From contig JAWOJK010000038.1 of assembly GCA_046481705.1 (NCBI GenBank), positions 15,353-79,352 on the forward strand: DNA of 64,000 nt, read 5' to 3'. The notes beneath the pieces were generated by a model. The model saw only the letters and a program-made list of their open reading frames with translations, searched no databases and was not told the origin of the DNA. Source of the stretch: Desulfobacterales bacterium. GTDB taxonomy: Bacteria > Desulfobacterota > Desulfobacteria > Desulfobacterales > JAABRJ01. Made by a program: the position numbers and the translations under genes. Each line of letters begins with the position of its first letter. Positions within the stretch are counted from its first letter, which is position 1. Positions 46,002-57,674 of this stretch are shown here, one piece after another.

Positions 46002-46934
46002 ATGCGCGTGGAAAAAAGCGGCATTCTGGTCATCGACAAACCCGCGGGGATGAGCTCCGCGCAGGTGGTCGCGCAGATCAAGAAGGTGACCGGGGTGCGC
46101 AAGGCGGGCCACGCCGGTACCCTGGACCCCTTTGCCACCGGCGTTCTGGTATGCTGCCTGAACCAGGCCACGCGTCTGGCCCGTTTTCTGCTCGCTGGCC
46201 GCAAAACTTACGCGGCGACCCTTTTTTTGGGGGTTGCCACCGACACCCAGGACCCAACGGGGGCGGTAATCGCCCGGGCCGATGCGACTGCCGTTAGCCG
46301 TGAGGCGATCCTCGCCGTTTTTGAACGCTTCACCGGGGAACTCGCCCAGTCGCCGCCGGTTTACTCGGCCCTGAAACACGCGGGCACCCCGTTGTACAAG
46401 CTGGCCCGCAAAGGCCAACCGGTTCAAAAGCCGCCGCGCCCGGTAACGGTGTTCTCGATTGGCCTGACGGGCATGGACGGCCCGCGGGTGCATTTTGAAG
46501 TCGAATGCAGTGCCGGCACCTACATCCGCAGCCTGTGCGCCGATATGGGGCAGATGCTGGGCTGCGGCGGCCATCTCAGCGATTTGCGCCGTCTGCGCAG
46601 CAGCGGCTTCGCCATCGACGAGGCGATCAGCTTGAGGGAGCTCTGCGCACTGGCCGAGGCCGGAGCGGCCGCGGAGCAGGTGATCGCGATGGCACCCGCC
46701 CTGCGCGGAATTCCGGAGCAGACGGTCAGCGACGCACAGGTCGAAAAAATCCGCTTCGGACGCCCGCTGTCGGCCAGCGACGTTTCACCGCAAAAGGCCC
46801 CCATCGACGGGCTGCTCAAATTGCTGACCCCCGGCCACTGCCTGCTGGCGGTGGTGCGGTGGCGCACTTCAGCGCAGTGCTGGGTCTACCTTTGCGTGAT
46901 GCCGCCGGACCCCTGCGACTCGGGTGTTTGTTGA
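46002..46934 (+). CDS. truB: tRNA pseudouridine(55) synthase
   Basis: Motifs GILVIDKPAGMSS and GHAGTLDPFATGVL. Confidence 0.9.
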   Translation: MRVEKSGILVIDKPAGMSSAQVVAQIKKVTGVRKAGHAGTLDPFATGVLVCCLNQATRLARFLLAGRKTYAATLFLGVATDTQDPTGAVIARADATAVSREAILAVFERFTGELAQSPPVYSALKHAGTPLYKLARKGQPVQKPPRPVTVFSIGLTGMDGPRVHFEVECSAGTYIRSLCADMGQMLGCGGHLSDLRRLRSSGFAIDEAISLRELCALAEAGAAAEQVIAMAPALRGIPEQTVSDAQVEKIRFGRPLSASDVSPQKAPIDGLLKLLTPGHCLLAVVRWRTSAQCWVYLCVMPPDPCDSGVC

Positions 46935-47053
46935 GGTTTATCTATGGACAGGTGCCGTAATATAAGGTAAAGAGGAAACATTTAAAAAAAACCGGGTCAA
47001 TCCGATTAATTCGACGATGACCGTTGCTTTCAACCAGAGGAGGCCAAAAGAAA

Positions 47054-47323
47054 GTGGTACTGACTTCAATCGACAAAAAAGGGCTTATCGATCAATTCAA
47101 ACTGCACGAAAGCGATACCGGTTCCCCGGAAGTTCAGATTGGGCTTTTGACGCATCGCATTTCCTATCTTACCGAGCACCTCAAGGTGCACAAAAAAGAC
47201 CACCATTCGCGCAGAGGGCTGCTGATGCTCGTCGGCCAGCGCCGCAGGCTGCTAAACTACGTCAAGAACAAAGATGTCAAGCGCTACCGGACGATCATCG
47301 ACACTTTAGGGTTGCGGAGATAA
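47054..47323 (+). CDS. rpsO: 30S ribosomal protein S15
   Basis: ...[37 protein letters not shown] start after AGGAGG gives 89 aa. Confidence 0.85.
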   Translation: MVLTSIDKKGLIDQFKLHESDTGSPEVQIGLLTHRISYLTEHLKVHKKDHHSRRGLLMLVGQRRRLLNYVKNKDVKRYRTIIDTLGLRR

Positions 47324-47877
47324 CCCCCCACATGCCCCTGCGATCCCGCTGGCGCCGTGTTGGCGCGCTCGCCGCCTCTGGGAACTCACTGCCCCCCTGT
47401 TCAGGTACCAGCGGGTGGGCCCAAAGCGGGCCGCTTTTGGGGGCCATAGCACGCGGCTCAGGCTTTATCAGGCAAGGCCCCGCGCGGGCCGCAATCTTCG
47501 GCCAGGAAGCGGCCCGCGCCACTCCTGGCGGAGAGCACCGGGGCCGGTGACGGGTGTCTCTCCAAACCAGCAGCCGCGCGGGGCACCATGCCGATGGGAT
47601 AGCGGCAACGACGTTTAAATGCGTATAACTGCGAAAAGCTTCTAGACCCTGCTCGTCGGGGGCACGGCCCCCAGATTCGGCCTCTGCAACCTCACGTTTC
47701 CAGCGTCCAAACCGCCCAGAGCAAAAGGAACCTTTCGTTTTCCTTCCCGGGCCGAAAACGGGCGGTTGTCCCGGGGGCGCGTTGCATTTTCCTCAAGATC
47801 CAAACCCAACCATTCTGCGGTATTTGAAACGTTTCAGAGCAGCAGGCTGGACAACACTTTCTATTTAGGAGAGAGAC

Positions 47878-49977
47878 ATGACCGTTTTATTGAAAACCGA
47901 TATCGGCGGCAAACCCTTCAGCATCCAGTCCGGCAAGGTGGCCAAGCAAGCCTCCGGCGCGGTGGTGGTGCAGTACGGCGAAACCATCGTGCTGGTTACC
48001 GTCGTCGCCGCCAACGAAGAACGGGCGGAAATGGATTTTCTGCCCCTTACGGTGGAGTACCAGGAAAAAATTTATGCTGCGGGACGCATCCCGGGGAATT
48101 ATTTCCGGCGTGAAATCGGCCGCCCCAGCGAAAAGGAAACCTTGACCGCGCGCCTGATCGACCGCCCGATCCGTCCCCTTTTCCCTAAAAATTACCGGTT
48201 TGAAACCCAGGTGATCGCCACCGTGCTGTCCATGGACCAGGAAAACGACCCCGACGTCCTGGCGATGGTCGGCGCCTCGGCGGCGCTTCACATTTCCGAC
48301 ATCCCCTTCGCGGGACCGATTGCCTCCGTCCGCGTGGGGCGAATCGACGGCCAGTTCAAGGTCAACCCGACCATCACGGAGTGGGGGGCCTCGGATATCA
48401 ACATCATTCTGGCCGGCTCCAAAACCGGTGTGGTGATGGTCGAGGGCGGCAGCGACACGGTCAGTGAAGCCGATGTGCTCGAAGCCATTTTCTTCGGCCA
48501 CCGCGAAATGCAGCCGCTGATCGCAATGCAGGAAAAACTGCGGGAAAGTATCTCCAAGCCCAAACGGGTCATCGTCGAAGCGCCCCGGGACGCGGAGCTG
48601 GCCGCCAAGATTGAAGCTGAAATTCTGGCCGAGGTCAAGGAAGGGTTTCAGATTCCCGACAAGATCGAACGCCAGGACCGTTTTCGGGCACTGAAAGCCG
48701 AACTGTTCACGCGCCTGGGGGAGGCCTATGCCGATCGGCGCAAGGCGGTTGCGGAGATTTTCAGCGACCTCAAAAGACGGGTCAGCCGCGACTTGATTCT
48801 AAAGGAAGGCCGCCGCATCGACGGCCGCCGGTTCGATGAAATTCGCCCGATCAGCTGTGAGGTCGGGATCCTGCCGCGGCCTCACGGCAGCGCCTTGTTC
48901 ACCCGCGGCGAAACCCAGGTCCTCGGGGTTTTGACGCTGGGCTCGGGCCCCGACGAACAGCGCGTGGAAACCCTGAGCGGCGAGGAGTTCCGTCCCTTTA
49001 TGCTGCACTACAACTTCCCGCCCTTCTCAGTGGGGGAAGTCAAGCGCATCGGCGGTCCCAGCCGTCGCGACATCGGCCACGGCGGGCTTTCCACCCGCGC
49101 GCTCGAACAGGCCATCCCGGCCAAGGAAGATTTCGACTATACCATCCGCCTGGTTTCCGAGGTCCTGGAATCCAACGGGTCGTCCTCGATGGGAACCGTC
49201 TGTGCCGGCACCCTGGCCCTGATGGATGGGGGCGTTCCCATCAAGGCGCCGGTATCGGGCATCGCCATGGGGCTGGTCAAAGAAGGCGACCAGGTGGTGA
49301 TCCTGTCCGACATCCTCGGCGATGAAGACCACACCGGGGATATGGACTTCAAGGTCACCGGCACCAGCGAAGGAATCACGGCCCTGCAAATGGACATCAA
49401 GATCCACGAGCTCCCACGCGAGATACTGACGAAGGCCCTGGAGCAGGCCCGCGTGGGCCGGCTTTTCATTCTCGATAAAATGATGGAGGCCCTGGATAAA
49501 CCCCGCCAGGAGATCTCCAGTTTTGCCCCCAAGGTCTATATCGTCAAGATTCACCCGGACAAGATCCGGGAGCTGATCGGACCGGGCGGCAAGGTGATCC
49601 GCGCCATCCAGAGTGAAACCAACACCCGCCTGGAGGTGGATGATTCGGGGACCGTCAAAATCGCGGCCACCTCCCAGAAAGATGGGGACGCCGCCTTGAA
49701 AATGGTCAACGACATCGTCATGGATCCCGAAGTCGGCGCCGTTTACGATGGCACCGTGGTCAAAATCACCGATTTCGGCGCCTTCGTGCAGATCATGCCG
49801 GGAACCGACGGGTTGTGCCACATCTCGCAGCTGGCCGCCCACCGGGTGAAGAAAGTCAGTGACATCGTCAAGGAAGGCGACACCCTCAGGGTGAAGGTCC
49901 TGGAGGTCGGTCGGGATGGTAAAATCCGCCTGAGCCACAAGGCCGTGCTTGAAGGGCAACATGAAACCGACGCTTAA
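47878..49977 (+). CDS. pnp: polyribonucleotide nucleotidyltransferase (PNPase)
   Basis: Two RNase PH domains followed by KH and S1 ([16 protein letters not shown]). 699 aa. Confidence 0.9.
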   Translation: MTVLLKTDIGGKPFSIQSGKVAKQASGAVVVQYGETIVLVTVVAANEERAEMDFLPLTVEYQEKIYAAGRIPGNYFRREIGRPSEKETLTARLIDRPIRPLFPKNYRFETQVIATVLSMDQENDPDVLAMVGASAALHISDIPFAGPIASVRVGRIDGQFKVNPTITEWGASDINIILAGSKTGVVMVEGGSDTVSEADVLEAIFFGHREMQPLIAMQEKLRESISKPKRVIVEAPRDAELAAKIEAEILAEVKEGFQIPDKIERQDRFRALKAELFTRLGEAYADRRKAVAEIFSDLKRRVSRDLILKEGRRIDGRRFDEIRPISCEVGILPRPHGSALFTRGETQVLGVLTLGSGPDEQRVETLSGEEFRPFMLHYNFPPFSVGEVKRIGGPSRRDIGHGGLSTRALEQAIPAKEDFDYTIRLVSEVLESNGSSSMGTVCAGTLALMDGGVPIKAPVSGIAMGLVKEGDQVVILSDILGDEDHTGDMDFKVTGTSEGITALQMDIKIHELPREILTKALEQARVGRLFILDKMMEALDKPRQEISSFAPKVYIVKIHPDKIRELIGPGGKVIRAIQSETNTRLEVDDSGTVKIAATSQKDGDAALKMVNDIVMDPEVGAVYDGTVVKITDFGAFVQIMPGTDGLCHISQLAAHRVKKVSDIVKEGDTLRVKVLEVGRDGKIRLSHKAVLEGQHETDA

Positions 49978-51235
49978 AAAGATCACCCTGCCCAATGGCG
50001 TTCGCATCTTAACCTTGAAAATGCCCCATGTGCGCTCCGTGTCCATGGGGGTCTGGGTAAATGTGGGCGCCCGTGACGAATCCCCTGCCGAAAACGGGCT
50101 TTCGCACTTTATCGAACACATGATTTTCAAGGGCACCGAAAAGCGCTCGGCATTTCAGATCGCGAAGGAATTCGATGCCATCGGCGGACAGACGAACGCC
50201 TTCACCAGCATGGAGACCACCTGTTACCATGCGCGGGTGGTCGATGCCCATCTGGAGACGATGGTCGACATTCTGTCCGATATCTTTCTGAACTCCACCT
50301 TCGACCCCCTGGAAGTCGAGCGCGAGCGGCCGGTGATCTGCCAGGAAATCGGGATGGTCGAAGACACCCCCGAGGAATACGTGCATGTGCTGGCCGGCTC
50401 CGACTTCTGGGGGGACAGCCCGCTGGGCCGCTCGATCCTGGGAAGTCGGGAAACCATCGGGGCGTTTGGCGCCGAGACCATCAAGGCCTATTTCCGCCGT
50501 TTTTATCACCCCGCTCAAATCGTCATCGCCGCGGCCGGCAACATCGACCACGACCATCTGGTCGAGCTCCTCGGCGCGCCGTTTGCGGCCATTCAGCCGC
50601 CGCCGGCGACCCTCCCGCCTCGCCAGCGCGCCGCGGGACGATCGGCCCTGTCGGTGCACGCCAAAGCGCTCGAGCAGATGCACCTGTGCCTCAGCACCCG
50701 GGGCGTTTCCCTCAAAGCCGAGCAACGCTTTGCCCTGTCGCTGCTCAACTCACTGATGGGCGGCAACATGAGCTCGCGGCTCTTTCAGGAAATCCGCGAG
50801 CGCAGAGGGCTGGCCTACTCGGTTTACTCCCACACCGCCTCCTATGTGGATACGGGCATGTTCGGGGTTTATGCCGCCGTCGAGCCGGACAAGGCCCTCG
50901 AAACCGTCCGGCTGATCGCCCAGAGCCTGCGGGCGGTGAAGGCCGCCCCGGTCAGCGCCGCAGAGCTCCGCGATGCCAAGGAGTACACCAAGGGCTGTCT
51001 CCTGTTGGCCGCCGAAAGCACCGACAATCAGATGGCCCGAATCGCCCAGAGCGAGCTGCTCTTTGAGCACTGCATTCCACTGGAGACCATCCTCGAACGC
51101 CTGGAAGCCGTGACCTGCGACGATCTCCTGGCGCTTGCCAACACGCTGTTTCAAAACGATCAGACGGCCCTGACGGTCCTCGGCCCCCCCCTGGAGGCCG
51201 CCCCGCAGGCCTTCGGGGACTGCCTTGCACTTTGA
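49961..51235 (+). CDS. M16-family zinc peptidase (insulinase-like)
   Basis: HxxEH motif in [14 protein letters not shown]. The ATG overlaps the pnp 3' end by 17 nt. Confidence 0.8.
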   Translation: MKPTLKKITLPNGVRILTLKMPHVRSVSMGVWVNVGARDESPAENGLSHFIEHMIFKGTEKRSAFQIAKEFDAIGGQTNAFTSMETTCYHARVVDAHLETMVDILSDIFLNSTFDPLEVERERPVICQEIGMVEDTPEEYVHVLAGSDFWGDSPLGRSILGSRETIGAFGAETIKAYFRRFYHPAQIVIAAAGNIDHDHLVELLGAPFAAIQPPPATLPPRQRAAGRSALSVHAKALEQMHLCLSTRGVSLKAEQRFALSLLNSLMGGNMSSRLFQEIRERRGLAYSVYSHTASYVDTGMFGVYAAVEPDKALETVRLIAQSLRAVKAAPVSAAELRDAKEYTKGCLLLAAESTDNQMARIAQSELLFEHCIPLETILERLEAVTCDDLLALANTLFQNDQTALTVLGPPLEAAPQAFGDCLAL

Positions 51236-51273
51236 TGCCCGCTCCCGGCTGCGGGAGAAAACAGGTGCTGCCC

Positions 51274-51732
51274 ATGGAAACCGCCCCGACCCTCAGGTTC
51301 TGCCGGCTGCGGCCGGATGAAGACGCCGATGTCCCCCTGCCCCGCTACATGACCCCCCTGGCGGCCGGGATGGACATCTGTGCGGCCGTTTCCCAGGCGC
51401 TGACGATTGCGCCGGGGGCGATTCTGCTGGTCCCCACGGGCTTCGCCATGGCGCTGCCCGCAGGCTATGAAGCCCAGATCCGCCCGCGCAGCGGGCTTGC
51501 CGCGCATCACGGCATCGGGCTGATCAATTCGCCCGGAACCATTGATGCCGACTACCGCGGCGAGGTGCAAATCCCGCTCATCAACCTGGGCAAAACGCCC
51601 TTTACCGTGCGACGCGGCGACCGCATCGCCCAGATGGTCATCAACAGGGTCTGCCAGGTTCAGGTGCAGCTGGCAACCCGTCTGGACGACACCGCCCGCA
51701 GTTCGGGGGGGTTCGGCCATACGGGGGTCTGA
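51274..51732 (+). CDS. dut: dUTP diphosphatase
   Basis: Motifs [17 protein letters not shown] and GGFGHTG. Start assumed at METAPTL. Confidence 0.85.
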   Translation: METAPTLRFCRLRPDEDADVPLPRYMTPLAAGMDICAAVSQALTIAPGAILLVPTGFAMALPAGYEAQIRPRSGLAAHHGIGLINSPGTIDADYRGEVQIPLINLGKTPFTVRRGDRIAQMVINRVCQVQVQLATRLDDTARSSGGFGHTGV

Positions 51733-51736
51733 CGGC

Positions 51737-52564
51737 ATGGCGCGCCCCGACAACCCGTCCCACCCGCCGCGACCTGAACCCGCGCCGGCGCCGCTGACGG
51801 TTTGTGTTCTGGCCAGCGGCAGCAGGGGCAACGCCATTTATGTGGCCGATGCCACGACCGCCGTCCTGATTGATGCCGGTCTTTCCGGGGTTGAAATCGA
51901 ACGCCGCCTGCGGTCGCGGGGGCTTTCCCCCGACCGGCTGAATGCGGTTCTGGTCACCCACGAACACGACGACCACATCCGGGGGGTCGGCGTGCTGTCC
52001 CGTCGCTACCGACTGCCGGTGTACATCACGGCGCCCACGCTGAAAGTCGCAGGCGCCCAGCTGGGCCGCCTGCATGCGATCTGCGACTTTCAGTGCGGCC
52101 ACGGCTTTCAGATCGACGCCCTGCACTTTCGTCCCTTTGCCCTCTGCCACGATGCCGAAGATCCGACCGGCTTCACCGTCAGCGCCAACGGCACCAGACT
52201 GGGCATCGCCACCGACCTGGGCATCGCCACCGCCCTGGTGCACGAAAACCTCAAGGACTGCGCCGCGCTGATCCTCGAGGCCAACCACGATCCACTGATG
52301 CTCGAAAACGGCCCCTACCCCTGGCCCCTCAAACAGCGCATCAAAAGCCGCAGCGGGCATCTGGCCAACAGCGAGGCCCGCCAACTACTCAGCGCCGTCC
52401 GGCACCCGCGTCTGCGCCACGTGATCCTGGCGCACCTGAGCGAGAAGAACAACTCTCCTGAAAAAGCGCTCGCTGAAGTCGGACTGGCCCTGCAACAGGC
52501 GTGCGGAATCGATCTGACGGTGGCCGCCCAGGAAAGCGCCGGCCACCTCATAGCCCTTCCCTGA
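51737..52564 (+). CDS. MBL-fold metallo-hydrolase
   Basis: VLVTHEHDDHIRG (HxHxDH). Start set at MARPDN. Confidence 0.8.
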   Translation: MARPDNPSHPPRPEPAPAPLTVCVLASGSRGNAIYVADATTAVLIDAGLSGVEIERRLRSRGLSPDRLNAVLVTHEHDDHIRGVGVLSRRYRLPVYITAPTLKVAGAQLGRLHAICDFQCGHGFQIDALHFRPFALCHDAEDPTGFTVSANGTRLGIATDLGIATALVHENLKDCAALILEANHDPLMLENGPYPWPLKQRIKSRSGHLANSEARQLLSAVRHPRLRHVILAHLSEKNNSPEKALAEVGLALQQACGIDLTVAAQESAGHLIALP

Positions 52565-52726
52565 GCGAAGACATCCCCAAAAACCGATTTTACCCGCCGC
52601 CAACGTTTAAAACCTCGCGCTCACGGGGGTTAACCCGCTGAGGGAGGCGTTTTTTCGACCGCAGGTCGTCTATCGGCGCAAAACCGGGGCTGGCGTTGCA
52701 GGCGGGCCGGGGAAGGCTGCCGGGTG

Positions 52727-53002
52727 TCACTTGAAGATAAACCCGCTGATCAGCAGCAGGATGACCCCGCTACCCACCAGCAGGGCGAACAGCGGCATGC
52801 TCACCAGGTAATCCAGCCCGCGGTCAACCCCCAAGATTGCCACCTGGTCGATCCAGCCCAACTGACCGCTGTCCAGGAGATCCCGAAGGCTGAGACTTTT
52901 CCAGACTTCTTCGGTTCCCATCAGGGTGGAAAGCGCCTGAAACCCCAATACGACCAAACCGCTGAGGGTCGTCAAAAGCCCCACTATCGTAAATTTTGAC
53001 AT
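52727..53002 (-). CDS. small hypothetical membrane protein (two predicted TM segments)
   Basis: Hydrophobic segments FTIVGLLTTLSGLVVLGF and MPLFALLVGSGVILLLISGFIF. No family recognised. Confidence 0.45.
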   Translation of the reverse strand: MSKFTIVGLLTTLSGLVVLGFQALSTLMGTEEVWKSLSLRDLLDSGQLGWIDQVAILGVDRGLDYLVSMPLFALLVGSGVILLLISGFIFK

Positions 53003-53283
53003 GATGCTCCCTGCCGCCAAATTTGTGCTGTTATCGAAGCCGCGCACCGCTGGGCATAGCGGGCGCCTCACGCTTCAGTCTGCCCGCTTGCAGCCCCCGG
53101 ATGATCGCGGCGCCGGACGGTCGGATGCAACCGCCTGGGGCAGATACCCTGTACAGATCGGTTTTTAGGCGAAAATCCTTTAACGAGTAAGGCATGGCGG
53201 GCAAAAGGCTGCGGGTTGAGGGCGGGCTGCGCAGCGCCACTGCGACGGGTCTGACGACCATCAAGGCTGCAATCGGCTCGGCC

Positions 53284-54048
53284 TCAGAGCAGCCGCTGGT
53301 GGAGGGCCTCGAATTCGCCGCTCAGTTTGTGGCGCGCATCAAAAAAAATCATGGGCTGTGCCGCCGCGTGCGACTCGCGAATCCGGACGGAGGCGGAGAT
53401 GTAGGGATCCAGAACCGGCAGACCCTCCTGCCGCAACTCTTCTACGATTTGGCGGGGCTGGCGGGCGCGGGCCTGGAACTGGTTGATGACGATTCCAGCC
53501 ACCTCCAGGCGGGGGTTGTGATCGGCCCGGATTTCGCGAACGTTTTCCAGGAGCGCGTAAAGCGCCTGGCGGGAGAAATGGTCGCAGTCGAAGGGAATCA
53601 GGCAGGCGTCGGCGGCGATCAACGCCGAACGGGTGAAGAAATTAAGCGCCGGCGGGGTGTCGATAAACACGGCGTCGTAATCGATCAGGGTGTCGAGTGC
53701 TTCCTTGAGCTTGAACATCTTGTAGCGCGATTCCAGCTTGCCCTCCAGTTCCGCCATCTCGGGGTGCGCCGGCATGATGCTCAGGCCGGCAAATGGCGTC
53801 GGGTGAACGCAGCTTTCGGGGCGCTGGGTCTTGAAAAAAGCGTACAGGGTCTCCTCGAAAAAGGTGGCCAGGGTCGTCTCCAGTTCGCGGGCCCCGGTTC
53901 CCAGCAGGTACTGGGTTGAATTTGCCTGGGGATCCAGATCCACCACCAGTGTTCGCCGCCCGCGGGCGGCGCTGACCGCGGCCAGATTGCAGGTGATGGT
54001 CGATTTACCCACCCCGCCTTTCTGGTTGAAGACTACCCATCGCTTCAT
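53284..54048 (-). CDS. ParA/MinD-family ATPase (no parB seen nearby)
   Basis: Deviant Walker A NQKGGVGKSTI, plus VVDLDPQANST. Confidence 0.8.
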   Translation of the reverse strand: MKRWVVFNQKGGVGKSTITCNLAAVSAARGRRTLVVDLDPQANSTQYLLGTGARELETTLATFFEETLYAFFKTQRPESCVHPTPFAGLSIMPAHPEMAELEGKLESRYKMFKLKEALDTLIDYDAVFIDTPPALNFFTRSALIAADACLIPFDCDHFSRQALYALLENVREIRADHNPRLEVAGIVINQFQARARQPRQIVEELRQEGLPVLDPYISASVRIRESHAAAQPMIFFDARHKLSGEFEALHQRLL

Positions 54049-54072
54049 GACGAACTCCCCGTCCAGCGGCTG

Positions 54073-55725
54073 TCAGGCCCCGGCGGCCGAAAACGCCCGC
54101 TTGACGATCTCCTGGGCCTCGGTCTGAATTCGCTGGAGATGCGACCGGCCGCTGAAACTCTCCGCATAAATTTTGTAGACATCCTCGGTGCCGGAGGGGC
54201 GGGCTGCAAACCACCCGTTGTCGGTCACCACCTTGAGGCCGCCGATGGGGGCATCGTTTCCCGGGGCGCGGGTCAGCTTGGCCCGAATCATCTCCCCGGC
54301 CAGCTCCGTGGCCTGGACGTCTTCGGGCGCGAGTGCGCTCAGCACCGCTTTCTGGGCCGCTGTGGCGGGCGCATCGATGCGGTCGTAGAGCGGGTCGCCG
54401 AAATCAGCCGCCAGCCGCCGGTAAAGCGCCGCCGGACTCCGCCCGCTGACGGCGGTGATCTCTGCGGCCAGCAGGTCCATGACGATGCCGTCCTTATCGG
54501 TGGTCCAGACGGTTCCGTCGCGGCGCAGAAAGGTTGCCCCGGCGCTTTCCTCCCCACCAAAGGCGCAGGTGCCGTCGATAAGACCGGGAACAAACCACTT
54601 GAAGCCGACCGGCACCTCCCACAGGGTTTTTCCCAGACGTGCGGCCACCCGGTCGATCATACTGCTGCTCACCAGGGTTTTGCCGACCCGGGCCTGGGGA
54701 AGCCACCGCGGGCGGTTCTGAAACAGGTGCCAGATGGCCGCGGACAGGAAGTGGTTGGGGTTCATCAGCCCCCCATCCGGGGTGACGATGCCGTGCCGGT
54801 CGCCGTCCGGGTCGTTGCCGAAGGCGATGTCAAAGTCGGTCTTGAGCCCGATGAGGCCCGCCATGGCATACGGTGAGGAGCAGTCCATCCGGATCTTGCC
54901 GTCCTTGTCGCGGGTCATGAAGCCGAAGGTCGGATCAATTTCCGGGTTGACCACCGTGATCTCGAGATTCAGGGCCGCGGCCATGGGCTCCCAGATGCCG
55001 ACGGTGGCCCCGCCCATGGGATCGACCCCCATCCGGATTCCGGCCGAGCGGACGGCATCGACATCGATGATCTGCTCCAGGTCCCGGATATAGGGGGTGA
55101 AAAAATCATGGGGGCGGATCGCGGGAGTCTTGAGCGCCGCTTCATAACGCAGCCGTTTGACGCCCCGGTTGTTTTCCGTCAGAAGCTGGTTGGCCCGTTT
55201 CTCCACCCAGCGGGTCACCGCGGTATCGGCCGGCCCGCCGTGGGGGGGGTTGTACTTGAAGCCCCCGTCCTCGGGGGGGTTGTGCGACGGGGTGATCACG
55301 ATACCGTCGGCGCGCGGGCCCTTCTGCATGCGGTTGAAGGCCAGAATGGCGTGGGACACCACCGGGGTGGGCGTATACCCGCCCTGATGATCGATGAAGA
55401 CCGCCACGTCGTTGGCGCTCAGCACCTCCAGGGCGGTGATAAAGCACGGCTGCGACAGGGCGTGGGTATCCATCCCCAAATAAAGGGGGCCGGTTATACC
55501 GTTGGCCTGGCGATAGTCGCAAATCGCCTGGCTGGTGGCCAGGATGTGGTCCTCGTTGAGGCTGTTTTTCAACGCCGACCCGCGGTGCCCCGAGGTGCCG
55601 AAGCTCACCCGCTGGGCGGGGTCCGCGGGATCCGGGTGGCGGGTGTAATACGCGCTGACCAGCTGGGGAATATCGGCCCGAATCGATGCCGGTGCAGGCT
55701 TTCCGGCCTGGGGATGCAGCGCCAT
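54073..55725 (-). CDS. pgm: phosphoglucomutase, alpha-D-glucose phosphate-specific
   Basis: FGTSGHRG active-site Ser loop, [10 protein letters not shown] and GGEESAG. Start at [11 protein letters not shown] gives 550 aa. Confidence 0.85.
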   Translation of the reverse strand: MALHPQAGKPAPASIRADIPQLVSAYYTRHPDPADPAQRVSFGTSGHRGSALKNSLNEDHILATSQAICDYRQANGITGPLYLGMDTHALSQPCFITALEVLSANDVAVFIDHQGGYTPTPVVSHAILAFNRMQKGPRADGIVITPSHNPPEDGGFKYNPPHGGPADTAVTRWVEKRANQLLTENNRGVKRLRYEAALKTPAIRPHDFFTPYIRDLEQIIDVDAVRSAGIRMGVDPMGGATVGIWEPMAAALNLEITVVNPEIDPTFGFMTRDKDGKIRMDCSSPYAMAGLIGLKTDFDIAFGNDPDGDRHGIVTPDGGLMNPNHFLSAAIWHLFQNRPRWLPQARVGKTLVSSSMIDRVAARLGKTLWEVPVGFKWFVPGLIDGTCAFGGEESAGATFLRRDGTVWTTDKDGIVMDLLAAEITAVSGRSPAALYRRLAADFGDPLYDRIDAPATAAQKAVLSALAPEDVQATELAGEMIRAKLTRAPGNDAPIGGLKVVTDNGWFAARPSGTEDVYKIYAESFSGRSHLQRIQTEAQEIVKRAFSAAGA

Positions 55726-55957
55726 ATCCAACCACCTTTCTAAACCGTCGAAAAAATTTGACTTCGTGGGGTTGCAGTTAAATAGTATCTCAACTATAGG
55801 AAAAAGGTGATCACCAGATGCCCGGAAACATCTTGCCCACACCAGAATGCAGGGTTTCATCAAAAATTGGCGGTGGTGAGTAAAAGGGCTGATTCATAGG
55901 ATAGAAGCAAAGACCGCCACCCGTCAAGCCCTAAGTCGCGATCAGGCAGGACCCGTG

Positions 55958-56803
55958 ATGCCAGAACCCAAGCGCTCTTCATTGCTATGCCCCAACTGCC
56001 GCAAGCTGATCAGTGCGGACGAGCCCCGCTGCCCCTACTGCGGCACCTCCCGGCCTGCCGCCATCTGGCGCAACAATCCCTGGACCCGTGGACTCGGCCG
56101 GGAGGACACGCTTGTCAACTGGGTCATTTTCCTCAACGTCGGCATGTTCATCCTTGCCTTGCTGCTCAACCCTGCCGGTACCCGGGTGTCGCTGAACCCC
56201 CTGACCGCTCTGGCCCCATCGGACCTCAGCCTCCTGCATCTGGGGGCCACCGGGACCATCCCGATCGACCGCCTGCACCGCTGGTGGTCCCTGCTGACGG
56301 CAAATTACCTGCACGGCGGCATTCTCCATATCGTCTTCAACATGATGGCCTTTCGGCAGCTGGCGCCCTTTGTGATCCGCGAGTATGGCCCCTACCGCAT
56401 GATCAGCCTGTTCACCCTGAGCGGCGTGCTCGGCTTTCTGGTGTCCTACCTCGCGGGGGTGGCGCTGACCATCGGCGCCTCGGCGGCCGTCTGCGGCCTG
56501 ATCGGCGCGGCCCTGTTCTATGGCAAAAACCGCGGCGGCACCTACGGTCAGGCGGTTTACAAACAGGTCAGCGGGTGGGTTGTGGGACTGTTTATCTTCG
56601 GTCTGCTGGTCCCTGGAATCAACAACTGGGGGCATGGCGGGGGTCTCGTCAGCGGCGCACTGCTGGGGTACCTGCTCGGCTATCGCGAACGGCGGGCGGA
56701 AACCCTCTTCCACAAATCCCTGGCGGGCATCTGTGCCGCCCTGACCGTTCTGACCCTTGGCTGGGCCGTGCTTGGCGCCGTTTTCTTGCGGTTTGCGGCC
56801 TGA
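55958..56803 (+). CDS. rhomboid-family intramembrane serine protease with N-terminal zinc ribbon
   Basis: CPNCRK...CPYCG, then TM core with HGG.LH, GASAAVCGLIGA (GxSxxxxG) and HGGG. Confidence 0.75.
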   Translation: MPEPKRSSLLCPNCRKLISADEPRCPYCGTSRPAAIWRNNPWTRGLGREDTLVNWVIFLNVGMFILALLLNPAGTRVSLNPLTALAPSDLSLLHLGATGTIPIDRLHRWWSLLTANYLHGGILHIVFNMMAFRQLAPFVIREYGPYRMISLFTLSGVLGFLVSYLAGVALTIGASAAVCGLIGAALFYGKNRGGTYGQAVYKQVSGWVVGLFIFGLLVPGINNWGHGGGLVSGALLGYLLGYRERRAETLFHKSLAGICAALTVLTLGWAVLGAVFLRFAA

Positions 56804-56827
56804 ACCCGGCCACAGGTTGCGACTCTC

Positions 56828-57535
56828 ATGGACATCGAGCAAAAACTCGCGCTGTTGGACCAAATCGACGGCCTCTACGACGCGTATGCGGCCACCCTGG
56901 ACCTGGCCTGCCACAAGGGCTGCGATAGCTGCTGCACCCGAAACGTGACCCTGACCACCCTGGAGGTTTACCGACTGCTGGCGCGACTTTCCCCCGAGCG
57001 CTGCGACCCCCTGCTGGCACGTGTAGCGGCCCACGCCGCAAGAAACCGCTTCCGACCGGCCGTCACCACCAACCAGCTGGCGGACCTCTGTCTCGCGGGC
57101 GAAGACCCACCGGAGGAAGACGTCGATCCCGGGTGGGGTCCCTGCCCGCTTCTGACGGCCTCGGTCTGCCCGGTCTACCCGCTGCGCCCCTTTGGCTGCC
57201 GCAGCTTTACTTCCGGGCGCAACTGCGCCCAAAGCGGCTGCGCCGAGGTGACCCCCCTGACGGTGACCGTCAACACTGTTTTCCTGCAGGCCATCGAGCA
57301 CCTCGACCAGGCGGGCTGCAGCGGTAACTTTTCAGACCTGCTGCAGGTTTTGGCGCCGGCCGGCGCCCGTCAGGACTACCGCAACGGCAGCCTGGGCTGC
57401 AGGGCAAACGGCCTGATCCCCAACCGCCCCGCCAAAATCCTGATGGTCCCCCCCGCGCACCGCGCGCAGGCTGGCCCATGGGTTGCGCAACTCCAGTGTC
57501 TGCTGCGTCTGGGTGAAGGCCCCTGCAAAAAATAA
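56828..57535 (+). CDS. YkgJ/UPF0153-type Cys-cluster protein (paralog 4)
   Basis: Motifs CHKGCDSCC and CPLLTASVCPVYPLRPFGCRSF. Confidence 0.7.
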   Translation: MDIEQKLALLDQIDGLYDAYAATLDLACHKGCDSCCTRNVTLTTLEVYRLLARLSPERCDPLLARVAAHAARNRFRPAVTTNQLADLCLAGEDPPEEDVDPGWGPCPLLTASVCPVYPLRPFGCRSFTSGRNCAQSGCAEVTPLTVTVNTVFLQAIEHLDQAGCSGNFSDLLQVLAPAGARQDYRNGSLGCRANGLIPNRPAKILMVPPAHRAQAGPWVAQLQCLLRLGEGPCKK

Positions 57536-57674
57536 TTCCTGATCTCGGGTGTCTTTTTGCTCCCCCTGGCCGCTACCGGCGGCAGGCGCCTTTCAGGCAA
57601 ACCTTTTGGGGGCAGCGGCCGATAAAGAGAAAAGTCACCTTTTTTGCGAGAAAACGGGTAAGTGGAGTTGCCCA

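Noticed and set aside
47324-47877. SRP RNA or 6S RNA hidden in the rpsO-pnp spacer
   Set aside because: The segment CCAGGAAGCGGCC only superficially resembles the SRP domain IV motif. The flanking conserved SRP sequence is absent, and I could not trace a 6S-like closed rod with a central bubble. Kept only as an unexplained long leader.
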